From Harriotta raleighana (Eukaryota), in NCBI GenBank assembly GCA_050575255.1, contig JBNZDD010013567.1, forward strand, positions 652,842 through 716,841: a stretch of 64,000 nucleotides of DNA, given 5' to 3'. The notes below the pieces were generated by a model. The model did no database searches. It had not been told where the DNA came from and saw nothing but the letters and a program-made list of their open reading frames with translations. Position numbers and translations under genes: made by a program. Positions 24,473-37,387 of the stretch are shown in pieces (the first letter of the stretch is position 1; each line of letters opens with the position of its first letter).

Positions 24473-27326
24473 CTTGTGCCAGGCCTTGAAGTATTTTTAT
24501 ATGGCTTTATAAATAAGAAATGAACAAGTTAAAAGTCACACTCTGTCATGAGAAGGGAATTAAACCTGAATAGCCTGATGTCAGTTGTTTAATAAAAAAA
24601 ATGTAATTATCAATCATCTCGCCACATAAATAGTTCTGCTACTTCATTTGCATTTTCCTCATATGTTTGGGGTTCAGTCACGTCAACCTCTTGGTAAGAT
24701 AAAGGTCTTCCAACTAATATAAGCAGCTGAAGACTTTTTTTATTACACCTGTACGTGACATTCTCGTGCTCTTAAAAGTGTTTTAAAGATTTCATTTCCT
24801 TTGCTGCAATTACAGCCCTAATCCTCCAACGCCTCAAATATAAGACTAATTATGGCCTCTGTGGGTTGTTGTGTGGCCACAGATTTCATTGGATCTTCAC
24901 TGGAGAATGATTCATTCTGTATGATTTGACCTAGATGCACCACATTCAGAATATCAGAATATCAGTGTGTTTACCCAACCTTTCAAATCATTAAAAGCTG
25001 CTTTCTTTCAACCTCCCTCCCCTCAAACCCGCCTCCCCTCAAACCCGCCTCTTATTAATTAGACAGTCTGCACCCACTTAACTGTTAGGAATTAATTTTT
25101 CATAAATTGCACTTTTTTTTCATTCCCTCTCACTTAAATTTTTCTTTTCACGAGATTGAATTGCGCCAATTCCTTCATTCATATTTACAAAGCCATTATA
25201 AAAGTATTCAGCATTTGCCCACAAATTCTTTAGCGTGTACTCTGTGAATTGGAGGTGTCCTCTTCTCATGAAAGGTACTGTATCAAATGCAAGGATTATT
25301 TATTTAAGTATTCCTCTGTATTTCATTTCACATTTATTGGCCAATAATGAACACCAAAGTAATGTATTATTAATTAAAGAGGGGAATTAATTAGGCGGAT
25401 GTGGGGGAGAGCAAAACTAGCACACTGCCCTACTGAGTAAATGGACATATGTTTGTGTGTGTTATCATCATCTAAACTGATCTAAATTAAAGCCACTGAG
25501 GATAATCTTCTACAAGCATTCCACAGCAGGAAACATCAGATAGTGAATCAGGAAGGAAAGTGGACAATTTAAATTGGGTTCGTTTTCACATAAGACAACA
25601 AAAAAGAATGTGGCACATATACTGAAGTCAATTTTCCATGTAGCAGTTTGCGATACTTGCTACTGGCACAGAGCAACTGTCCATTCTGAATGCAACCAGC
25701 CAGAGCTGAATGCTGATCATAGCAATGTTGATCTATTTGTCTAAAAAATATTTCCTATAAAGATGCTAGAAAATCAGGAAGGGAACCCAACTGCTTCAGG
25801 TCACCACGTAACAGTGGGAAAGTATAGTATCCAAGAAAGTCACAGTCCAAAGCTTTGGGTGAACTTATTGCAAAATAGATTTTAAAATGAAAGCGGAAGT
25901 AAATTTAAGGAGAAAAAACAATACAGCTAAGTGTCGTCTCCCTTTAGCCTTTTTTATAGACTCTAGAGCATCATTTGTTCTAATCTCATTCCCTTTACAT
26001 TTCTGTCAGTGTTGCTGCTCTCTCCTTTTCTAATGAAGGATAAAGTCTCCGGTAGACGAGACTAATGGTTTCTCAAATTGATAAGCCATGGAGTAAGAGG
26101 GATATTCTTTAGCTTCATCAACTCTGTTGATTGTTTTTGTGAAGGGCAATTTGTACTATCCTTTGAAAGAATTACAGTTTATGATACTTGAGATCATAAA
26201 CATTTACTTATTAACAGTGCATTACCTAGCACCTTGGGACGTTTTCCCGACGTGAAAGGTGCTATACAAATGTAATTTTGTTGTTGCTGTTGTACTCTTG
26301 TGGATTCGCACCTCCTTTTTATTTTGCACTCTACCATTGAAGGATTTCATCCCCTTTTCATGTTGCTCAGTTAAGTTCCAACATATTTAAAACATCAATA
26401 AACTAATTAAGCTTTTGAGATTCACTCCATTGCACATCTTTAAAGATTACTAAAGCTAATTGATCCTACTTAAAAATTGCACTTTATTACTAAACTGCAG
26501 AAACTTGTTATAAAGCTTTTAATATATCTTTAACCCTCTCCCCGCCAAAAAAATATATATACTGCAAAGTGCTTTGAGACGTCTCAACGACATTTTACGG
26601 CGTTATATCAATTCCAAGGATTTTATTATCTGACAAAAAATTGGATTGACAAATTAAGTAGCTGTAGGGGAAGGCAGGAGAATATCACACTACTCTGGAG
26701 AATTCGGAATGTTGTTCTGTAAAGTGTTCTCCGAATATTGGGTTAAGTTAGCAAGAGCAGCAGCTCATACTAAAAGTTCCTCTTTATGGTATCAAAGGGC
26801 CATTGCCCCTTGGGGATGCTGAATTTAGTGTTGTTTAAGAACAAACCAAGATTACAGTTGCTTAAGCACTTGATCCAAATTCATTCTGAAACAGAGCCTT
26901 GGAGTATCTTACATGTCCCATCAGCTAACTCAGCAACGTGTCAAAACACCAACACCATGTAATGATGTATATTTGCCCCCTTTTTGCTGGAACCAAACTT
27001 TAAGGTTTGGAGCAGGTCATGGATGAAATTGCAGTAGATTCATTGCAATTAGCTGCTCCACAATGACTTGTTTCTATTTTCTCAACCAGGCTTCAGTCAA
27101 AGTCTCTGGCACTCAAAATCCTGCTCTGTCTGCAATCATCTGCTCAGCAGTATCGATGAGTACTTAATAGGATTTAAAATACTTCTATCATCTCAACTTT
27201 GCACAGATGAAAGATGGTTTTTTTTTCTCCCAAAGTTGGTTATTGGAAAAGCCATTCCTCTTCTAATGAAATATTTGAAATTTGCAGCACTAGTGAGATA
27301 CAATCCTTTTAACTTTAGATAAATGT

Positions 27327-27420
27327 CCTCCCCCCACTTGACTGTACAGCGCCTTGGGACGTCCTCCTGACGTGAAAGGCGCTATATAAATACAATAAAT
27401 TAAATAAATAAATAAATAAT
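27327..27420 (+). mobile_element. Extremely 5'-truncated L2 tail; similar tails near 5455, 24420, 26226, 29280, 34345 and 42745
   Basis: ctgtacagcgccttgggacgtcctcctgacgtgaaaggcgctatataaat followed by a (taaa)n tail. Confidence 0.8.
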
Positions 27421-28659
27421 GGATCTCTAAATCAGTCACTGGTGCAGACCTGCACATAGCATGCATTCCATTCCAATAAGCTGTCTCTGGGATTTCCACG
27501 TAAAGATGGGATGCATGAAAATCTCAGCTTGGTTTGCTTGTATACTCTTCAGCATGGTGATGGCTTTCTGCATGTGTCAGACACTAGGCCTGACTGAAAA
27601 AAAATCTTTAGGAAAATAACTGAAAGTATAAATACATTTTACATTTATCAAAAATAAAATGGAAATGCAAACTGTTGGCCGCTGTTGTGATAACTGCGTC
27701 ACAGAATACACTGGCTTATTACTGTTTTATATATGTGTGTGCACTGTAGCAGACTGCTCACAATGCCAAGCTCACAAAGATACTAGATTACAGAGTCGCA
27801 TTGCAATTTTACTTGTCAGACGCTGTAAATGCAGATCAGTGATGTAGATCAGCACTGCTGTGACAATTCAAAAGGCTTTCAGGTACTTTTCTTAGATGAA
27901 GGCGTATACATAATTCACACAAACAGACCTTGGCTTTTATGAACAAGGCCCTCTCGTTAACTGGATAGATTCCAACAGTTACCCCAACACTCACTCTGCT
28001 GTCGCCAAGCCTTGGCTATTGCCAACCTTGGCCCCAATACTTGATAGGATTAGGAAAGCAGGGTGTGGCGCTCCGGGGAGAGAGTGCACGTTCTATTCTA
28101 GACACAGGGATTTCTCTGTGTGGGTGGTAAGCAATTGAACTCTCAATCTGGTTTGAATACTCTTGAAGGCATGTTGAGTTTGCGTATGACTCACACACCC
28201 AGCTGTTCTAAAGTAAATAAACATTCAAATGACATCTCAAGAGGTATAAGCTTTGGCCTTTTTAAAGATTGATCGTATTTTATTGATCAAAACCACTTTT
28301 TTTTGTGGGGATTAAAAAAGGACTAAAAGCTCTGCTTGTGAAAAACAAAGGAATAGGGAAAGAATATTCTGAATGAAAGCAAATTCATCGCTTTAATTTC
28401 TCTGTTTGAGCTAACTTAAGGTGCTGTGATTATATTCTGTGAAAGTGGAGCATCATTTATTAAACAGCAGGTTTGTGTGATAGAATTATACCTTGTGTGA
28501 GCTCAGTGCTAATTACCGATCACTCTATCCATACAGAGATCTCTGAGCCACAACCACTTTGGGTTACTCAGTAGCCTGGAAACTTACAAGGGAGATTAGT
28601 ATCGGGTGCAATTGCCATTCGATTGAACAGTACACTAGAAAAGACTTCAAAAATAACAT

Positions 28660-28910
28660 TTACTCATTGATAAGAATGCGAGTTCCTTTTGAAACCACAG
28701 TACCTCAATGTAACCGCAGGTAAAATAGTTACATTTATAAGCGAGCATTGTCTGCGACTTAAAAACAAAAGCACTGAGACAGGCGGACAGACAGGTGCAT
28801 GACTCAGCTGATGTGAGTCTGGCAGTTTGAACAGCTTTGGACATTGATCTGCAGAGAGGAAAGCTGGAAGTCTGAGACAATAAATCAGTCTGTGAGGATT
28901 GCACAATCTT
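28660..28910. promoter_or_regulatory. Candidate haematopoietic enhancer 3' of ZFPM1
   Basis: GATA, two RUNX, two E-box, AP-1/NF-E2, ETS and C/EBP motifs within 250 bp of non-repetitive sequence. Confidence 0.45.
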
Positions 28911-29347
28911 TGCTTAATTGAAAATAAGATCTTCCGCCAAGGCGGACCAAAACATTTTGAAATGCTCCATATGAAAGAGCTCACGCTTCCATATTCAGAA
29001 TACATTCATTGATAATCCTCCTCTGCCTGCATTCTTGTTGTTTGAAAGGAACCCTACCCCTTTCCTCCCTTCAGTGGCAGCCCTGAGGGAAATGAACACA
29101 CTCTTCTCTCTGAATTGATTATCAAAGAGTGAATGATTCTTTTTCTTGATCTGTAGTGGATTGAATCCAATCTTTCTCTGCCCTTTAATAGAATGATCAA
29201 AGTGGGCAGTGTCCGTTTTGGCTGGAACTGTTAGCCTCTAAACACAAGACATTGTTGTAGTTTAGTCTTTGTGGAGTCTTGACTGTTCAGCACCTTGGGA
29301 CGTCCTCCCGACTTGAAAGACTCTAAAAATGTTATTTTGTTGTTCTT

Positions 29348-29645
29348 GTCCTGAGGCTCAGTGATTAGAGCACTTGCCTCACAAGCAAGAGACCCGGGTT
29401 TGATTCTTGGCAGGGCATAAACCTTGGGCAAGTTTCCCTACTCCAGATGCCTAAAAATAATCTCTCAAAATAATAAATAATAATAATTTGATCACTCAAT
29501 CCAAGACTGTTCGTGGGTCACTGCTGTGCACAACTGGCTGCCGTGTTTTCCAAATAGTATATACGTTCAATTCATTTTACAGTAGATTCTGTGAAGCGCT
29601 CCATACGTGATAAAGAGCAACATCGAATGCAAGGATTATTATTAT
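29348..29645 (+). mobile_element. tRNA-derived SINE, full length, abutting an L2 tail (29280-29345)
   Basis: gtcctgaggctcagtgattagagc, B box gggtttgattc, tail aatgcaaggattattattat. Confidence 0.85.
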
Positions 29646-30344
29646 CATTTAATAGCATCCTCATTGTCTTGTGATAAGATCATGTGAAATCAGAGCACAG
29701 CTGTCAGAACAGCCTCACTAATGGCAGAGAATTTATTTTTATTATTTAAACGTTCGATTTCCCACTCAAAATAATTTCCCAGTTTGCCTCCTCTGTTAGT
29801 GAGAAAAGAGTTGCAATCAAGGGGACAGCTCTGTGATTATAAATGTCTCGGACACTGGTGGCCACCTGTAATTAATAGATGGCTCACTGAGTGGAAAGTC
29901 ATTTTGGTGCTTATTTCATTTCTTGCTGCAAGAGTATCGCTCTCTCGCTCCCTCTTCAGTGAGTGGCGAGCTTTCTAAAGAGGAAACCCAGCAAGAAAAT
30001 CGTCCTCCTTTGCTAGTGGCGGGCCTATCAATAATTGAGCAGCAATGCCCTGCAGAATTTAATTAGTGCAGTTCATTAGTTGGTTTTACTTGTAATGGAG
30101 GGGCAGGACATAGGAGATCTTCCTTGGTGGATCCCTTGTCTGAGAGCACACTCTGCCTATTGCCACATTTAATTGAGTTGCTCTTCAAACGCCCTTTATT
30201 TTCAGCGTTTTGAGCTTTTGACAAGGAACAATTGTGGGGCGGTTTTAACACAAATGGGATACATTTAGGACGAGTCACTGGGATGAGAGTTGTAATGAGG
30301 ACAGAGTCCCAGAGCACTTGATAGTAATGGAACATGACATGGGC

Positions 30345-30504
30345 CCGGGAGAGATAGACGGATACTTAGGCAGTGGAGGTATACTGGATATGGCTGGATA
30401 TGTGGGGTATTGGGATTGAAAGATCTGATAAGATCTAATGCACACGTGGAACAAATTTGATTGGCTGAATGTTGTTCTCCTATTCCTGTTTTCCTATGTT
30501 CCTA
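30345..30504 (+). mobile_element. Degraded CR1 3' end
   Basis: ggctgaatg...tctcctattcctgttttcctatgttccta is a typical CR1 terminus. Confidence 0.5.
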
Positions 30505-32363
30505 AGCAGTACCGTATATCTGCCTGCTGAGGTGCATTATTTGTGTCAATTCTGTCGGTAGATTTGGATAACGTTCAGTTTGTGTCAACCAGTCACTACT
30601 GGGAGGAAATCTTTTATTACTACTGCCTACATTTGTATCTGCCAGCTATTTCTGATCGTTCTTTCCAACAAATCCCGGGGGAAAAGGTTGAAATTGTCCC
30701 GTGGGATTAGTTCAAAATCTAATATGCCTTGTAAGATAGTTCAATATCTCCCCAAATCCAGCCAGATATAGTCAGGGTGTTTAGAAAGATTTTCAGTCAG
30801 ATAGCCTGTAGAGGGCAAGTTGCCTTGATTTACTGCAGAGGCTGTATCTCAAGCAAAAAAAAATCTCTGTGGAATAACTATAATAATGAATCCATAATGA
30901 AGAGAAACTGTAGCCAAACACATACTCTAAATTCTGGCAAACCGCAGGCAGAGGTTTCAGGGTACAGCCTCGGGAAAGATATTGAAGAAAAACACTTTTG
31001 CTTCACTCATTATTACCCAGACTTGCAAACAAACTGAAGATGTATTAGTTCTATAATTGTTGGTCTTCCATGCATGACCTCCTGGATTAAGATTTATTGA
31101 TGCAGAAACATAATCTCCTCGTTTATAACAATTTCCAATTCCGATCACGTTACTCAGTTTTCACAGTTAGCTGAGGCCTGATATTCAGGACCTAGTCAAG
31201 CACTGTGAGACTCTGGGAGAGGGCGAGTGAACAAGCTCACTTAAAACCCATCTGTTTATTAGGAATACATTAACACTGATCTATTCGCAGCCCTGTTTCA
31301 GATCAAACTTAATGATACGGATTTGTGCATCTTTAAAGTCAAGGAGGCATGAAATGACTGGAAATCAATGCCTGATTTTAATGATTTATATGTGTTGCAA
31401 AATAATAGAAAAAACATTTGCAATTTTGGGGTATTATTAGTTCCTGTTGTTGTTGTGTTGACCTGTATGCCCCACCTCCTCTGAGCTCTACAACCCCCGA
31501 GATGAGAATTGCGTTGCTTAAAATTTTATTCCCCACCAAAATCATCGCAGCAATTGTCAGCTTCAGGAATAAGGGGGTCTCCGAGGTAGGGTTGCTTTGG
31601 GCATGGGAAAACCACTCAAATATTAATTACCACTGATTGCAGTGACTTCCTTAGAAATGATCACATCTCAGCCCCCACCCCCCTCCTGTTCAATATACAC
31701 TATTTGGAATCTGGACAGACCATGTGGTTGGAACATATTTCTATTCTGCCAGTTTAATATCAAATAAACGTTGAATTATTTCAGTTGCAGGGTCCGCTGA
31801 ATTCAAATTCTTTCTGACATAAATTGTGATAAATGACTCAATTTCTAAAGAGTGCTTATTGAATACTGGTGCTTATCAGAAGAGAAATGGAGCCAACAAG
31901 TCAATATTTTGAACACCTTCCATCATTAATTCAGCTAAGTGAAAAATATTGAAATAAGAAGGAAAGTATAAATAACGCAGTCACTTGAAGGAAGGAGATT
32001 TACCAGAATCTTTGTTCTTATTTAGTATCAAGGGATATTGATTCTTTAGGTAGGTTAAATTTTCGTCGTATGTGGCCTTTTCCTGATGTGCTCAAACACC
32101 TATGTGTAGCTATCAACTAAGTGATATCTTTCTCTCATCCCAGCAAGGAGAATCTCAAGCCAACACATCCCACAGCAGTATGGCTGAGAGTACAAAGGGA
32201 CTTGTGGGAGAGAATGTGTTTTGTGCATATTTACTTCTGGAGGAATGCAACCCATGCAGATGAGCTATCCCTCATGCTATCATGAAGTAACATTGCCAAT
32301 GTAGGCTAACAATGCCATTTAACCTGTGTAAACGTCCATTGTCAATGTTGCTGTTTTTAAGTA

Positions 32364-33046
32364 CAGGCAGTCCTCAAGTTACGTCAGGGTTAGGTTCCTA
32401 AGATGTGGTGTAAGTCGAATTTGTATGTAAGTCGAGTCACCCCCCAATAATGCTTACAGTAACATACAGTGATTGGTTATAGTGCATAGTGAGCTGCCCT
32501 CTCTCCCCTGCACCCCTCCTAATATGTACAGTTCTGTAAATAAAATAAAATATTACTAGGCTATTACTAGCCTACTTACCTGGCTTCATTGTGAGTCTGG
32601 CACTCGACGTAGCGCAACACAGGAGATCACACGCGACGTAGCGCAACGCAGATCACATGCGACATAGCGCAACGCAGGAGATCACATGCGACGTAACGCA
32701 ACGCAGATCACACGTGATGTAGCACAACGCAGATCACACGTGACGTAGCGCAGTCTAAAGGCTGGAGAGTACTTTACCGTCGAGCTCACAGACTCGCACA
32801 GTACCTGTACAGTACACACTCGCGTCTCGCCTCCATCCTGTTCCTGTCCTGAACGCGTATCGTGGTCCCGTAAGTGTTGAGAGCGTCGACTCCAGTTTTC
32901 TATCGTACGTGGGGCAACTAAAGTATTTATATAGTAGTGTCGTAACTTCGAGACTTTGGATGTAACTCGGACGTAATTTTACTGATATTAAGTGTCGTAA
33001 CTTCGAATTGTCGTACCTCGGAACGTCGTAACTAGAGGACTGCCTG
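32364..33046. mobile_element. Tigger/pogo-like MITE with internal minisatellite
   Basis: TA|CAGGCAGTCCTCAAGTTACG ... CGTAACTAGAGGACTGCCTG|TA (19/20 TIR match, TA duplication), with subterminal gtaagtcga and cgtaacttcga repeats. Confidence 0.9.
32605..32752. repeat. CpG-rich minisatellite, about 5.5 units of 29 or 26 bp
   Basis: Unit cgacgtagcgcaacgca(gga)gatcacacg; lengths 29, 26, 29, 26, 26 and a 12-bp partial. Confidence 0.95.
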
Positions 33047-33624
33047 TACCACAATATTTTTTGAAACCTTTTTGTACAGAAAAACAACAACAAAAAAATT
33101 CCTTTTAGCAGATGGTCTGAACATAACATACAAATGCAATGTAAAACATCCCCAGAGAGAGCTACTTTGTGCAGTAAATGTGTAGATTTTAGACAGACAA
33201 TGGAATAAAATTCAGCAGAACGAATAATATGAAAATGTAACCTTTCCTAGCTTCAATTAGAAACTGCGCATATGACGTCAGTGAAGTAGTTAGCAAGACA
33301 TGTGACTGTTTTAATCTTCAGAAAAATACCTTGAATGCTACGTGATGGTTCAAGCAAGGAGATGAACTCACAGGTTTAGGAGGAAAGCTTGTCATTATAA
33401 AACAAAAGGCAACAGACAACGCAAAACTAAATCATTTTTTAGTTGAGATACCTGGAAGAATTCCTAGGAAAAATGTAACACTGTCCCAAACTTTCTTTCT
33501 GTGGTCAAATATTGATGCATTCCAATGTGTGCTGTGCATGGTGTTGTGATATGTATTCAAGCCCTAAACACACAGAGTAGAGTGCTGCTCTCCATTGCAG
33601 CCGGTCTCCAAATCTCCCCCTCTT

Positions 33625-33861
33625 ATTTTGCAACTGATTGCAGCATTTCGCCCACAAAAGGTACAGGCAACCCACTTTACAATATAATAATCCTTGCATT
33701 TGATATAGCGCTTTTCACGTCTTCTCGACGTCTCAAAGTGCAGAATATACTGTAAAGTAAATTGACTGTATATTTGTGGGCAAAATATATTTTGTGAAGC
33801 GCGTTGGGGACGTTTCAGCGATGTGTGTTAAGGCCCTATATCAAACGCAAGGATTATTATT
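33625..33861. mobile_element. SINE-in-SINE nested insertion (minus-strand 3' fragment 33687-33783 inside a plus-strand copy)
   Basis: AATATA is duplicated at 33681-33686 and 33784-33789. Removing the insert restores cactttacaatatattttgtgaagcg, matching the family consensus. Confidence 0.8.
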
Positions 33862-36824
33862 CTTATTTGTGGCAGCGCTTGGGTGAAAATGAATGGGTGT
33901 TTTTACAAAGAAATTCTTGCTGGTCTTTGAAACAAATATAAAAATTTGAGGAAAGGAACCATTGCTGTGGACCAGTAATTAAACTCCAGTATCTGAGTAT
34001 TTTTTGAGTATTTTTGTGAATTCCACTTTCTTCAAAGGCAACCCCTTTTCAAGGCCAGTTTTGCCTTTTTATTGTAACATTTGCCCTTCACTTTGGCTTT
34101 TCGACTATCCAGATCCGTTTTATTGTGTCATTGAAAAATAAACAAATTTATTCACCTCCAAACAGAGCTTTGGGAATCAGCTGTTTGTTTCTGACCTGGA
34201 TCCAATGCCACCACATGAAGCAACAGCAGCTATTTCCTGACCAAAAGTAGCGCTTTGTGATGTACCATAGATCTTCATGGTCTTCAACATGGTCTTCAAC
34301 ATCATTCAACAGATTTCTTCATTTCCCTAGCAGTTTCTTGTGTTGCAGCTTGGGACATCCTCCTGATGTGAAAGGCACTATACAAGTGTAATTTTGTTGT
34401 TGTTGTTGTTGCTCAGGTTTGAGATTAGCTCGTACAGCTGCCTGCTAGCATTTGTTTCCAAAAGAGGAATGACTTTGAAGATGTCCCTCAGCATTTAACT
34501 GCTACTGTTCCATTTTGCATCAAATTGATCACCTCAACTGAGCATCTATGAATACGTAGTGTTATGAAGCTGTTTTTACTAAATTACTGGGTGTCTTTTA
34601 TTTATTTTGCAACAAATGTCTTTCCCCATAGCAGTGACCTAGAAGGTCCATTTTGCCTGAGGCCTGCTGTTGGTTTTCTTCCCACAATTAAATCAGTGAC
34701 TGATTTGAGCAACTGATGGGAAAAAGTCAATTGACTGGATCAAAATGAAACTCTTACAAGGAAATAATAACTCACAGCTCCTTCTCGGCCTACAGATGCT
34801 TGGAGTGAAATCATGTAAATTTATGGTTAGAGCAAACCACAAATCATTCCATTTTTTCTCTTGTAAACAACCCTCTCAGTAATGAAAGGGCAAATTAACA
34901 CAGCTATCATTGCAAAACTAAAATGAAAATTCGTTCAAAAAAAGAACAATCAGTAAATGTTGGGCAGAGATTCAGACATGGACCAGACAATGGTTCAGTT
35001 AAGTGGGTGGGTGGTGGGCGGTGGGGAGCAGAATAAAAATGATTCAAATTCAAAGCAGAGCTTGAAAACTGAGTACTGTATGAAAGTTATTGGTGATGGT
35101 GTCCAATGAATCATGAATTCATGATTCACTTGGGGGCAGTGAAGGAGGTAGAGCTGTTTCTGAAAATGAAGATCAGAGTGAGCTCCAAGCTGGTTTGCTC
35201 CTTTCAGACTGGGATGCTTGAGCCGTTGGCAATGGGTTGTGCTTTGTATTATTTAAAGTCCTGTTCTGCTTCAATTTATTGTAGAGAAATGTAGTTGTAC
35301 TGATGGGGTACTCTGCATTTGCTGGAGTATTGGAGCAGTGTGGTCTGATTTGATTAGCATTTCACCCCAATCAGGGTTGTCGCTTTCTGTAATTGTAGGA
35401 TTGTGCAGAATTGACTGTCAGAACATTTCTGTGACACTGATTCAGTGTTAAAAGTCCCAGGAACTCGACTTGCTTCTTGGTAAACATGAAGCTGTTGCTC
35501 ATTCAAGTCTGCGATGGTGTGAGAAATGGAATGGCCTGTGGGTTTCATCTGAACACACATTCATAATGACATCCTGAAGCTGCGGAAGCAGTACAGAGCT
35601 TTGTATCAGTCTGGGTGCCCGGGAAATGTCCAGGAAACTGAGGCGCATGGAATGAGGAAACTGGTTGAACATTTTGTCCTAACACGCGATTTTAACCCAT
35701 GTCTCTTACTTTCATTTTAAATGCAAGAAAGCAGTATTACTTGCAACTATGACATTTTCACCACAATTTACTGCTGTTCCAAACACCAAACGATTACAAT
35801 TTCTATTGTCTTTTGAAAATTATCATTGGCAGATCAATGCTGATCATACTATAAATTTGCTGAATTAACGAAGCATGAATTAAAACAATCAAGGCATTAT
35901 TTCGGTAAATTAAATATTCTTGTATTTATTGTATTAGAAATCACTGCACACTTTGAACAATTTTGGACCAGTTACAATGATTTTGACGCATTCTTTCCAG
36001 AAATACTATTACAGATCACAAAGCGTATATAACCATTTTAATCTGAACATCTGTTCTATTAGATGATTGCAAATCTCTTAACATATGGAGATGCAATGTG
36101 CAAAGCTAACTTCACTATTGTGAGTTTCTTTAACTTTAGTGATACTTTGGAAAAATGATGAATAAAAAGCACAAAACAGTCAATGAGGAAATGCATATTT
36201 AGCATTTTGAAAAAGCACTTTATTATGTCTCATAGCACTTCACAGAATATATTGTAAAATGAATTAACTGTATATTTTGTGTTTGCACTTGGCAATTTTT
36301 CCCGGCATCTTTAAAAGTCATGGAATTCTGTTCCCAAAATATTCTAGAGTAAGAAGTACATAAAAACTCCTGTCAAATCCTCTAAATCTTAAGAAACTGT
36401 TAGCATATAATAAAGATAGAGAAGCTAAGTACTGTACCTGGCCAGGTAATAATAAATTTTTAAAAAATGAACCCCATCAGTTACACAATACGAAATTCTG
36501 ATAAACGTTGGGGTTTGTTTCTTTAAACAACATAGCAATTCTTCATTAATGCAATGTTGCTTAAATAATTCAGTGCTTAACTAATGCAATGAATGTATTA
36601 AGTCTTAAACACTCAAATTGTTGTCAAATGTTAATTTGTTACATTGCATTTCAAAAGACCCAAGGATCAGAAACAAACAGCTGTCAATGTGAACAGGATT
36701 TTGAACCCTCCATAAATCCAATCTTGTTTTATTTTACATCAATGCCAGTCTTGGAGAAGGTGACAGAACATCCTAAGATTGTTGAAATCGAAAGGCAACT
36801 TTGCAAGATGGGAATTTAAACGCA

Positions 36825-37120
36825 ATCTGCCCACTCCCTTCGCTTAGTGGGCTCCAGCCTGCTTCACGTCCCTCGTCTTGCCCGCCCCACAATTGTCAGT
36901 GGGCCGTCAGCCGCTCTGCCTCACCCTCTGAAACTCCATAAATCCAATCTCTCTGCCTCGCCCCCTCCCTTGCCTACTTCAAGACGCACCTTAAGATAAT
37001 CCTCTTCACCCTTCTTTACCCCATTTCCTCCCACTCTCCTCAATCTGGATCGCCACCTCAGGTCCAAAACACTGACCCTCCAGCACCTCAGGACATTCTC
37101 ATGACATAAAAGGTGCTAAA
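36825..37120 (+). mobile_element. Degraded L2 3' fragment
   Basis: Homologous to 47570-47984 (cctgcttcacgtccct, cttcaagacgcaccttaag, cagcacctcaggacattctcatgacataaaaggtgcta). Confidence 0.7.
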
Positions 37121-37387
37121 CAATCTGCTACACAAAACCCTGGACACCTAGTATAACTCCTCTTCTTGTCCCGTGATTTCCACAAACAATTTGGGGTTTC
37201 AAAATAACACTGAAAGTGTTGGTGAGGACTTTCAGAGAAATGTAGTTGGTGTAACCAAAACTATTAGCTATTGATTTTTTTTCATTGCGTAACCTGGAAA
37301 TAGTGAATATCGAGAACTACTTATACATCATATATGCAAACATAAGCACATTTTGTAAATGTACTGAAAATCAGCATCTTAAATGGA

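Noticed and set aside
25016-25051. Short tandem duplication of cccctcaaacccgcct
   Set aside because: An ordinary two-copy slippage duplication with no further structure.
32605-32752. Repeat array resembling a CRISPR array
   Set aside because: The units are directly adjacent with no unique spacers, there are no cas genes, the context is eukaryotic, and the array lies inside a MITE.
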